DNA of 62,199 nt, counting the filler, from Rhizaria sp. SCN 62-66 (lineage: Eukaryota), in NCBI GenBank assembly GCA_001724265.1. It is 2 parts of 2 records of this genome, joined end to end, with 100 filler letters (N's around TTAATTAATTAA, not from the genome) between each part and the next. Parts side by side here need not be neighbours in the genome. Positions count along the whole stretch, not along the records: positions 1 to 31,314 come from MEDY01000359.1; positions 31,415 to 62,199 come from MEDY01000363.1. The stretch is one strand, 5' to 3'. The first letter of the stretch is position 1. Every line of letters starts with the position of its first letter. The translations under genes and the position numbers were made by a program. The notes beneath the pieces were generated by a model that saw only the letters and a list, made by a program, of their open reading frames with translations, did no database searches and was not told where the DNA came from. Of this stretch, positions 23,977-34,400 are shown piece after piece.

Positions 23977-25342
23977 GGAGGAGAAGATCTAGGTAGGAGA
24001 CGCTCTAAGTAGAGGTAGTTTGCGCGCTTTTATCCTGCGCTCTTAGAAGATCTTGCGAACTTACAGCTTGAAGTACTTAAGCGAAAGGACTTTGCTTGCG
24101 AACTTCAGAGAGCGAGACAAAGAGTGCCCTTTAACGTAACGTCTTTGCCACTCTTTGTTGCTGTTCAGTTAAGTCAAGTGGAGGCTTTAGTTCAGGTTCC
24201 GTTTTCCTTTATTTTTTTTTCGTTGTTTTTATTTTTGAAGCAGCAGTTCTATTAGTCGTAACGCAGGGATGCTGGTTGATACGAACTTAAACAACATGAG
24301 CTGCGTATGCGAAAGATAGAGCTGCTTCTTCGCTGTACATATTGAGTGGTTTAATCTCAACGTTTTTTCTTCGTCTTATAGTTTAATTTTTATCTTTCTC
24401 TCAAGCATTATCACGAGACGAATACTCTCCTGAGTCCCTTGTCACTTGCCTTTGCATACGTCGTCGTCAGTTGTCTTAGGTCATTACAGCAACACTTTGT
24501 TTACACACTTGCTACCACACATACTTACCTACATAATCATTGTTCGCTATTGCTCTAAGAACCGCTAGTACTTAGACATGACTCATAATAATAATAGCAG
24601 CGGTATTTAGCTTTGTAGTGTCGCGTAGCAAGTGTGCTTAGTCGTTTTTGTTCTGTCAATGCAATTGATGATGCCCTTATGCTTAAGTTACCACATGTTC
24701 ACAGGAAATGATGGTTTTTGTTGTGCTTGTTGGTGTTTTCTCTCTCCCTCTATCTTTTCTTTGCGTTTGCAACCTGTGACTTGTTTCTGTCTTTCTTTCT
24801 CTCTTTCTCTCTCTTTTGTATTCGTACGTTTATCATCATTTTCTTTCTTGTTGTTGCTACTGTTATCATTTTCAATCAATTCAATTCATAATATGCTGCT
24901 TTTATGTCAAAGTCAAAAGTAACGCATTGTTCGTTGTCGAGAAATAACACACACGTTCTCTGGCACATAACATAACTCTCTTAACATGACAACAGTTTGT
25001 TTCGCTTTCTACTGCTCACACAAGTGCTACTACATTTCCGCTATTAGGGGCATATTCGTGACGTCTAAGGCGCATTCAGCTCGCTGTCGTTGTTTTGTCG
25101 TGTGTTGTAATGTGAAGTTGCACGTTGATGATGTTGTTGTTTTTTAATGGTAATCTAAGTCGTGGTGGCACGAAGTGAACTCTTTCGCCTTTCATACACA
25201 ATGTACATTTACTAGTACAAGAACTATTCTGAATCAAAAAAATCTTTTTGTATTCGTCCAAAGTCAATCAATAAATAAGAGGTATAAGTAACAGCACTTC
25301 TTCAAACACACACACACAAAACTTAGCGTACTATCAAGGAAG

Positions 25343-27565
25343 TTACTGCTTGGGCACAGTGCGCGCGGCATGCTCCAGCAGCTCCACTGGCAGCGCCGGC
25401 AACACACGCCTTTGCCCCTTCCCAGTCCCATTGCCAGCGCCCGTCTTCGCGTTAACGCCGCGGTTCACTGCGCTCGCGTCAGCCCCGCCGGTGCTGCTGT
25501 TGCTGCTGGCGTTGAGGTGCGCGAGCGAGACGGGGAACGGCGCCACGGGCCCGGCGGCCGGCGCCGCGCCCGCGCCCGCCTGTAGCGGCGGCAGCGCGAC
25601 GGCCGCGGCGGCAAACGGCGGCCGCTCGAACCCGGCCAGGCGGCGCACGCCGGGCAGCTTGACGACGAGGCTCTGTGTGGCAGCCGTGGACATGGCAACG
25701 ATCCAGTACAGGAACAGCGAGGCCGGCAGGTGCAGCAGCAGCGGCGTCGCGGCTACGGCGCAGACCTGCAGCGTGGTGCTAAGTTTGGCCGCCATTGGGC
25801 TCAGACCAGCGCGGTTCACTCCGTTGCCGCCGCTCGCACTCGAACTCGAACTCGAATTGTCGCTAGAGCTATGAGCAGGAGCGCCAACGCCGCTGCTCGT
25901 GACTCTCGCGGTGGCGTTGTTCGTGTTAGAGCTGGCGCTCGCGGTGTTGTTGTTGTTGTTGGGGTCGGTGGGCGAGGGCGCGAAGCGGTGGAACGAGACG
26001 TTGATGTTGACGAGCGTAGCCGCCAGCGCCAGCAGCGGCAGCACCATTGTCTCGTCAGGCACAGTCAAGTCGGGCGCGAACCAGGGCCCCTCGGTGCGGA
26101 GGCCGTGGATCAGCGCCGCCGTTGCTGAGTCAGCAAAGTTCGTCAGTGAAGCCGCGCCGGAGGACGCCGCAGCTGCTGAGTCAGCGGTGGCGGAAACCAG
26201 ACCGCTCACAGTCGCTTCGCTGCTGCTTGCACTAAGTGAAGCCGCATTGTTGCTTAACGACGCCGAGTTGACTCCCGTGAATGCGTCCTTCGCATTGTAC
26301 GCAGTGTTGGCGGCGTTGCCGTTGCTGCCGCCGCTCAGACTGGGATGCGCGGTGTTGTTATCGTTTGCGATCGCGAGTAAGCGGCGACACGCTTGGTTGA
26401 AGGTGACGAACAGCGGAATCGACACGCACATGGGCGCCAGCAGCCGCAGCACGCTGACTCGGTGCATTTTGGCGTAGACGCGCAGCACGCGCAGCGCGGC
26501 CTGCGCGGCCTTAGCCTTGCCCGGCCGCGGGATGGCCACGGAGTCCGGCGGCAGCGCGAGCAGGGCCTGATACAACCCGCGCGTCTTGGCCAGCGGGGCC
26601 CTGAATCGCGCCACGCGCGCGGCGGCCCGGAGCTGAAAGGCGGCCACGGGGACGACCGCGAGGCGGAACACAAACGCGGCCAGGGCGAGGGACAGATACC
26701 ATGGCAGCCCCGTCGCGCTGTGGAGGGAGAGCAGGAACCGCTGGGCGGCCGCGATGGGTAGGGGCGAGGAGAGAGTGAGCAGGAGATCGCTGGCGGCTGA
26801 ATCGAGCGCCGTACTGCCGGGAAACGACGCAAACGCGGCCGCGTCTGATGAGTCAGCGGCGGCGGCGGCGGCGGAGTCGGCGAGCGGCGGAGTGGCTCTG
26901 ACGGTGTCGAAGAAGAATGTCGCGCCGCCGCTGGGACTTGCGCTGTTGCTAACACCGACACCGACGGCGGCGGTGGCGGCGTTGTTGGCGGCGTCTGTCG
27001 TTGTTGCAGCAGCAGCAGCGCTTGCGTCGGCAGAGGCAGCCGTCGTTGCTTTGCCGTTGCCAAGGAGTCCCCAAAACCACGCTTTGCGCGCCTGAGACGC
27101 TTTTGATGCATTGGTCTGTGACTGTGGGAGCGAGCGCGACAGACACTGCGACTGTGCGTGAGAAGCAGACGAGTCAGAGCTAGAGCTCGTCACCGAGCCA
27201 GTTGTGGCAGCGGGAGCAGCAGAGGACGCCGAGACAGAGGCTGAGGCAGAAATATTGCAAAATGCAACAGGGCCAAAGGTGGGGAGCGAGGGGGAGGACT
27301 CAGAGGCAGCAGCGAAGCCAGAGCGGGGCGTGCGGCTTGCACATGCTGTCAAAGAGCTCGCAACAGGAGTTAAAGCAGGAGAGAGCGCGGCAGAGTGCGC
27401 TTTGAGAGCAGTACCGGCGGCAGTGGCGCTGGGAGCCAAGGAGCGCATGTTGCTGTAGCTGTGGTTGTTACGAGCGATGAGCACGGCCGAGGTGGAAGTG
27501 CTGGAGACTGCGCTGGAGACTGCATGAGTAGCAGCCCGGGAGATGGCTGCTGAGCGTGCAAGCAT
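25343..27565 (-). CDS. Mitochondrial YidC/Oxa1/Cox18-family membrane insertase
   Basis: LHSATGLPWYLSLALAAFVFRLAVVP, SIPLFVTF, GPWFAPDLTVPDETMVLPLL and LPASLFLYW match Oxa1/Cox18 motifs. Long Ser/Ala/Arg presequence-like N-terminus. Stop is TAA. Confidence 0.85.
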   Translation of the reverse strand: MLARSAAISRAATHAVSSAVSSTSTSAVLIARNNHSYSNMRSLAPSATAAGTALKAHSAALSPALTPVASSLTACASRTPRSGFAAASESSPSLPTFGPVAFCNISASASVSASSAAPAATTGSVTSSSSDSSASHAQSQCLSRSLPQSQTNASKASQARKAWFWGLLGNGKATTAASADASAAAAATTTDAANNAATAAVGVGVSNSASPSGGATFFFDTVRATPPLADSAAAAAADSSDAAAFASFPGSTALDSAASDLLLTLSSPLPIAAAQRFLLSLHSATGLPWYLSLALAAFVFRLAVVPVAAFQLRAAARVARFRAPLAKTRGLYQALLALPPDSVAIPRPGKAKAAQAALRVLRVYAKMHRVSVLRLLAPMCVSIPLFVTFNQACRRLLAIANDNNTAHPSLSGGSNGNAANTAYNAKDAFTGVNSASLSNNAASLSASSSEATVSGLVSATADSAAAASSGAASLTNFADSATAALIHGLRTEGPWFAPDLTVPDETMVLPLLALAATLVNINVSFHRFAPSPTDPNNNNNTASASSNTNNATARVTSSGVGAPAHSSSDNSSSSSSASGGNGVNRAGLSPMAAKLSTTLQVCAVAATPLLLHLPASLFLYWIVAMSTAATQSLVVKLPGVRRLAGFERPPFAAAAVALPPLQAGAGAAPAAGPVAPFPVSLAHLNASSNSSTGGADASAVNRGVNAKTGAGNGTGKGQRRVLPALPVELLEHAARTVPKQ

Positions 27566-27699
27566 CGCGCGCCGCAGCGTTTCTAGACGAGGGCAGGGAG
27601 GACAAGTGCACGATAGGGTTGGGGGAAGGTGGACAGATCAGGTGGGGAGGAAGTGAGCTCAACTTTCGAAGGATAGAAAACCGTGAGGAGTCCGTCAAG

Positions 27700-30544
27700 A
27701 TGCTGAGGAAACAGATTTCCAAAGTTTACACTGGACCTTTTGGTCAAATTCTAAAAAATACCACTTCAATCTCTTCCGAGACGCTCGTAACACATGTTTC
27801 GGGTATTGCTGCAGCCTCGCAATTCGCGACTGCTCCGTCACTGCCCACAGTCTCCGCCTCCCGCGCCTCCCTGCGCTCCACTAACGCTTCGCTTTTTACT
27901 GCAACCGCTGCGAGCGCGCAGCAGCGCTAGCAACAGGCCCTCACAGCGCTGATGAGCTCGCCCGCGGCCAAGCGCGGCGCGCTGCTGGCGCTGAAGTGGG
28001 TCGCAGCAGCAGCGCCCGCCCGCGCTTTCTCCGCTGCGGCTGCCAAGACACAGCAGCAGCGGCGCGCCCCGGGACAGATGCTGACTTGCAGCAAGCCTGC
28101 TGGTGGCTGCAGCACGGCTCTTGGCGCGTCTTTACTTGCAAAGGTACGTCTTATGAGTTTTTGTTTGCTCCATGTCCTGTTATTCCTTTGTGTTGATCAC
28201 TGCAATTCGACGATGAAAGACTCTCGGTGCACTATCTGCGCTAAATCACGCTACTGCTTTGTGACTAACTCATATCAAAACAATAGTTGGCTTCAGAAAC
28301 TTTAATTTAATTTTAAATCTATGTATACTAGTATTATTCTATATATTTGAATTCTCACCGCATCGCACTTATCCAAACTTCCTTGCTCTGTCGCTGCTGT
28401 TAGCCTGTTGTCGCCGCCGCCGCGGCCTCTGTGGCGACCGCCCCCGCGCGCGCCTTTGCCTCTGACCCGACGCTGACGGTGGGCCGCGGCCCCCGCGCGC
28501 GCACCTACGTTCTGCGGCCCTGGTGGAAGCGTCTTCTGCGCGCCCTCGGCATCGGCCTGGGTTCCATATGCGGCTTAGCTTTGGCGTACGGACTCTACGT
28601 GTACTGGGCGCCGCCGACATTCTGGCTCTACGCCGCCGCCATCTGGGCGCAGAAGCCCGCGCTGTTTGCGCGCCTTGCCGCCTGGGGGCTCGACCCCAAC
28701 GTCAAGGGCTTCGGCGGCTACAGCCCACTGCACTTACTGGTCGACAGCGACGACCTGACCCCCGGCTGCGACGCTCGCATCCGCGCCCTCATCGACGCCG
28801 GCGCGGACCCCAACGCGCGCGGGCCCGGCGGGCTGACGCCGCTGCACGTGCTGGGCGTGTCGCTTGTCGGCCGCAGCGTCTTTGACCGCGTCGACCCTCT
28901 CAGCCCGCAGTTCGTGCTCGCGGCCGCGCGAGCCCTGTTAGCCTCAGGTGCGGACCCGAACCTCGCCACGGACAACGGCGGACGGTTCCTCCACTCGCTC
29001 TGCTTCTCTAAGGGGCTCGCGTCGCTTGTGCACGAGCTTAGCGATGCGGGGGCGGACTTGGAGGTCCAGGACTCGTTATCCTACCGGCCCCTTCACTATG
29101 CAGTCGTCAACGATGACGCTTCGCTCGTCGCCGCGCTGCTCCAGCGGTACGCAAACAAAAGATATATCTTACAGTGATAAAAAACACACACATTGGATTA
29201 TTGTAATGAATTTCTATGCCGTTGTATGTCTATTTTTTAATGTTATACCAGTCTTGTTACTTAATTTTATACTGCATTTTGTCTTTTTGCTGCTGCGAAT
29301 ACAGCGGCGCCGACCCTGCCGCGCCGCTGCTGGCCGAGCACGGTGTGAGTCCGCTCGTGCTGGCCGTCAAGAGCGGCTGCAACCAGGCCCTGCGCGCGCT
29401 GCTCGACGGCGGCGCCGACCCCAATTACAACCCCCCGCCACCTGCCGTCACCAACCGCGGCCTCGACGGGGACGAGAGCGCCGCCTACTATGGCTCCCTG
29501 GGCAGCGCCTCGCCGCTCGCGATTGCGGTTGCCAACAACAGCTTTGAGGCCGTGCGCCTGCTGCTGGAGCGCGGCGCCAAGGTGACCAAGGAGGAGAACG
29601 AGGCGTTGCTGCTCCGCAAGGCGCAGATGCTCAACACCAGCGGCGGCGGCGGTGCGCCCAGCGGCTACGCTGCGTTTCCTGGACTGCAGCAGCAGCAGCC
29701 GCAGCAGCCGCCGTTTGGCGCGTACAACGCGTATGGCGCGTATCCGGGCGGCTATCCTGGTCCGCAGCAGCAGCAGCCGCCGCCGATGTACGCCGGCAAT
29801 CCCGGCAGCATGAGCAGTATGCATCAGCACCAGCAGCCTCAGCAGCAGCAGGACCCGCAGCAGGTGTTGCAGCAGCTGCAGAGCATCATCGCCGCCGGCA
29901 ACAGCGCCGGAAGCAACCCCAAGGCCGCGGCCGCGAGCGCGCACCTCGCCAGCATGACCGGCGGCCTGGACGCCGGCCACGGCCACGGCAGCGGCGGCTT
30001 TGCTGGTAACCCCTATGCCGGCCAGAACTTCGGCGGCGCGTACGGCAACGTGACCCCCTTACCCCACGGTACTTACCCTGGCGCTCCCGGCGCTTACCCA
30101 GGTGCTCCCGGCGCTTACCCAGGTGCTCCCGGCGCTTACCCAGGTGCCCCTGGCGCTTACCCGGGCGCGCCTGGCGCCAACGGCGGATACGGCGGCTTTA
30201 ATCCCGCTGCCGCCCCCGCTGCCGCTGCTGGTGCAACTGTTGGCGGCGTCGCTGGCGCTGGCTTCAACCCTGCTGCCTATGGACTTAGCCCGAGCCCGTC
30301 CAACCCGTACCTGAACCACAGCAGCGCCGGCGGGAGTGCGGGCGCTGGCACTGGCATGTTCATGGGTAAGCCCACCGGCGGCGCAGCGGCAGGCGGCGGC
30401 GCGGGAGGCGGCTTGAGTTCCGGTAGCGCGTCGCGCGACCAGCAGGCTCTGCTGCGGATGCTGATGAACCCGGACGCGGACCCGCGTGCCGGGGTCAGCA
30501 CGCCCGAGGTCGGCGCCGGTGAGGGCAGGGGGCGCGGCAAGTGA
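27700..30544 (+). CDS. Ankyrin-repeat protein with a hydrophobic segment and a G/P/Y/Q-rich C-terminal tail. Exons 27700 (or 27952)-28143, 28404-29146 and 29305-30544
   Basis: Ankyrin repeats (GYSPLHLL...LIDAGADPNARGPGGLTPLHVL; RPLHYAV...LLQRGADP). Introns 28144-28403 (phase 0) and 29147-29304 (phase 2, restores LLQR-GADP). Stop is TGA. The start is uncertain: ATG 27700 requires reading the TAG at 27928-27930, ATG 27952 does not. Confidence 0.75.
30070..30177 (+). repeat. About five copies of a 21-nt coding tandem repeat encoding YPGAPGA
   Basis: Near-identical units such as TACCCAGGTGCTCCCGGCGCT, in frame. Confidence 0.9.
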
Positions 30545-31217
30545 CGTCAGGTCACTAGTCAGCAAACGAAGCGAGCGACGAAGTAACACAGTGCAAGTTT
30601 TGGTTACAGTGTCAGTAGTAGGTTGTCTCAGGATACTGTTGTAAGCTTTGCGTGATATGAAGATTGTTTGGTGAGGTCATTTACAAATATTTATGTGGGT
30701 TTTAAGCTATATTGGCGTTTTTAGCGCAATTTGTGATGTATCAAGTGTGTGGTCGCTGTTTCTAGCGACCACACTGTTGCTTTCTGGAGAGTGAATCATT
30801 GTTGTGAAGCAGGTATTATCGAAGCTAAAACACCTTCTGTGGCCATTGATAGTAATAAAGTGTAAACATTAGATCAACACCACACTTTTAATGCCACTTT
30901 ACTTTGTAATGGATCACTCTTTCTCTAAGTTCGAGCATGTGATACGTAAAAACAGTTTACGTTAGGAGCAGTTCATATGACGTGGAAACAAGACAAAATC
31001 ATTTTTTTTGTTTTGTTCTGTATTTTTTTGACTTATTGTTTTAAAGCAAGTTGGTTTAAAGCATACTGTTGGTATATCGCACGTAAATCGTCCCTATATC
31101 ATCATCACACACAATCAACAACGTTACATGGTCGCTTGTCTCATTAGTTTGTGACTTCTGGACAGTGACCGGCGGTCGCGTTGCCGCTCTGTGCAAGAAC
31201 GCATGACTGCAAGTCAC

Positions 31218-31314
31218 TTACTGGGAGCCGGCAGCAGCGCGGGGAGGGCGGTCACCACGGGGGGGGCGGTCGCCGGCGGGGCGGTCACCACGGGGGGGGC
31301 GGTCGCCGGCGGGG
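31218..31314 (-). CDS. 3' fragment of a gene cut by the gap: ...PAGDRPPRGDRPAGDRPPRGDRPPRAAAGSQ-stop (33-nt tandem repeat)
   Basis: Open GC-rich frame with codon usage like neighbouring genes, ending at TAA 31218-31220 and followed by an AT-richer UTR-like stretch. Confidence 0.6.
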
Positions 31315-31414
31315 NNNNNNNNNNNNNNNNNNNNNNNNNNNNNNNNNNNNNNNNNNNNTTAATTAATTAANNNNNNNNNNNNNNNNNNNNNNNNNNNNNN
31401 NNNNNNNNNNNNNN
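31315..31414. other. Artificial scaffold spacer: 44 N + TTAATTAATTAA + 44 N
   Basis: Exactly 100 nt, with a central palindrome placing stops in all six frames. This is a joining linker, not biological sequence. Confidence 0.95.
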
Positions 31415-34400
31415 CCGAGGCTCGTCAGACTCACATAATAGTTTGTGCGTTGGCCGGATCCTGCTTCTGTAATTGCCCGCAATGACGACCCAATAAACGA
31501 ATGCATCGGGTAAGAAATGCGAACGCCATTGTTTGCGTCGCGATTGAGGAGCTCCGCTGCCGTCGCCGTCCCGTCCCACGCCCAGTTCCAGTGCGAGCAG
31601 TCAACATGCGCAGAGCTGTTAGTCACAGCGTCGGGCTGAACACAGTACTGCATGCGCACGTAGAGATCAGCACCCTGGCCTGCACTCAACGTGCACTTGA
31701 CGCGGAAGTAGCGCAACACACCTTTGGCAAGAATCGTTGACACAGTAACGTCTGTACAGTCATAAGTTGAAAGCGTGGAATCTGGATAGAGCGTGACGTC
31801 TGTGTTGATATACTGGACGCGAGAGAAGTACGGCGCTGCTACATTTGCACCAGCGTCGAGCGTGAAGGCAACTATCTGCCCTCCATAAGAGCTACTGGGA
31901 ATGATCTCCTGTGTATCTGCGTTGTAGGACACAGAGCCCTCGGACGATGCAACAAACTCCGGGGCAATATCAAGTGTGATGTGTGGCGTGCAGACGTAAG
32001 AGCCAAACGTGTTGATACAGCGTGAGTTTCGTCCATAAAGGACAGTGCAATCAACGTAGTACTTGCCGTAGAATATATCGAGGTTGCATTCGTCAATGTC
32101 AATACAAATCGGCGCGACCGGCAACCACTTCGCAGTAGCTGCGCATTGACGCTCATAGTGGTCCTGACCTGTTGAAATAGTGAAGCCTGGCTTGCAGCGG
32201 TAGACGGCAGTAGCCTTATAGCGCGTTGGGCCCGCGATGGTGAGATCGTCGTACTCATACTCGATTGGCTCGCTGTAGGCCACCGTGGCGTTTTTGTCAG
32301 CTGGGCCACAGTCGATTGCGCTGCATGTTGGCGCGGTAACAGGGATCCAGCCCTCTGCAAGTGTGCCGCAACGCCGCTTTGATGAGGTGGCGATGTCTAA
32401 AAGTGCATCGCGCGGCTCGTAACCTGCGTTACAGACGTATGTCGCAATGGTACCATACGAACGCGCAATTAGGCCGTTGTTGCCAGTACTAGAAGCATCC
32501 TCAAACGTAATGCTGGCTCCATTCACGGGAATCTGCAGCGATGCGCATTGGTTAACTTCGCAAGCCGGAAGCGTGAGCGGGATCCAGCCGCGTGGCGTGC
32601 ACTCGCGACGTGCGCCAAGCACTAACGCGTTCTGTTGCGTGAATTGGATTACGTAGCCTGTGCCGTCGGTGAGGTTGTAGCCTGTATACTTGAGGTTGTA
32701 GCCGACATTGCAGTGATACTCGACAATGGACGTATTGAGGTACATACCCAGCTGACCGTGAGTGCCATTGCTGGCAATACTTACTTGTGCAAAGGAAACA
32801 CTTTCAGGGACGCCGCAGCTGTATGGGCTACATGTACGTGCTGAACCTGACCACGTACCAGCTGAAGTACAGCTAATACTGGGATCAAATTGGCTTAGAA
32901 CAGCACCGTAGTCGCAGGAGTAAGTGGCTACAACTCCAAACATGTTCGTCAAGCTCGCTGGGCTCTGTGTAACTTGGCCGAGATCAACAGTGGTGAGAGA
33001 AGGACATGAGACTGGTACACAACGCGGCGCATCAACAGGCTGCCATCCCTCGGATATCATACAAGTACGCGAAGTGATCCCGTTTGTGTCAGTGTCCCAG
33101 ATATGGCCGTCGGCACACGTATACGATGCGACCGTACCGACCGCGTACACACTTGTCACTGGGTCGTAGGTGACAACACTGCCAGCGCGCGTAAACACAA
33201 TTGGCTTCATTGCCGTAGAGTCAGGGTAAATGCGGACACAGGAGTTAGAACGGCAAACTGGTGCAATACCAGACCATGTCAGGTTTGCTTGGCATACACG
33301 CTTTGTGTCGCCCCCGGTGAGGAGGTACAGATCAAGACACTCGTGTGTGGCCACGGACTGATACTTCCTTGTTCCGTAAGGGAGCTCCGAATAGATGATT
33401 TTGCCAACGTTGTTAGCCGTTTTGAGGGTGGGGCACTCGATGGGAACGCAGGTAGGCGCGGTGGACGAACTCCATCCTCCCGCAGTGCACGTAATATCGG
33501 CTGTTGAAGCGAGCACAAAGCCGTCAATGCACCCGTACGTGTAGCGCGCACCGAATGCTGTTGCGTTGCCTTCTAGCGCTAATTGAGTCTGTACAGGCGC
33601 CGTGCCAAAGGTCGGGTAGCGCTCTGGCACTGGGCCGCAGTTGAACACTTCGCAGGTGGGCGGCGGCGCAGACCATCCTGTGGCAAGGCATGTTATGCGC
33701 TGCACGCACGTTTTCACCGTAGGCGTCGTAGCCCTGTCGATAAGACAAATCTTGTTGGTCACATCTGAAGCAATCAGTTCATAACCGGAATTGCATGAAA
33801 TTTCCGCTTCTGCCTTGTAGTATGTAAGACCAAATCCGTTGTCCGCGTACAAAACGGCCCCACGCGCAATCTCAGCAAGGGGTTGGCAGTTGATGAGCGT
33901 GATGCGTACAGGCTCGGATGTAAAGCTCATAAAGGCAATTCCGCTTGTACGCTTGATCAAGATTCGCGGCACAACCGCACCCTCAATGAGCTCACCTCCT
34001 TGTGGGTGGGTGTAGTTCATACATTTAAACCAGAACGAAAAATATGTTGTTTGTACAGCAAGAAGTTCCAGTGTACTGCTGGCAAGGCTCACCCATGTAC
34101 CATCGCTAGGTACACCGCCAGTGGCAGTATTCAGAGCCGCACCATAGCAACTTGTGTAATTTGAATCAACTGAGATGACAACCCGAACTGACCGCCCAAC
34201 AGAATTGACAGAATCGGTCGGGGAAAAGGATGTGGTGAGCAGTGTCGCTTCTTGAACGTGGATTGCCTCAGGAAGTGTTGGCATGTCAAAACGATTTTCC
34301 ACAGCAAATGAAGCGGTGGTAAAGTTCCCAAAGAAAGTCGCGGCATCACTGGCAATCGTGAGCGTGACAAATGGGTTAGAATTACTGCAGTAGAGTGCGA

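Noticed and set aside
31359-31370. TTAATTAATTAA palindrome as a biological site or as the stop of the 4,280-aa ORF
   Set aside because: It is an artificial linker centred in an N spacer, so the giant ORF is truncated by the gap rather than terminated.
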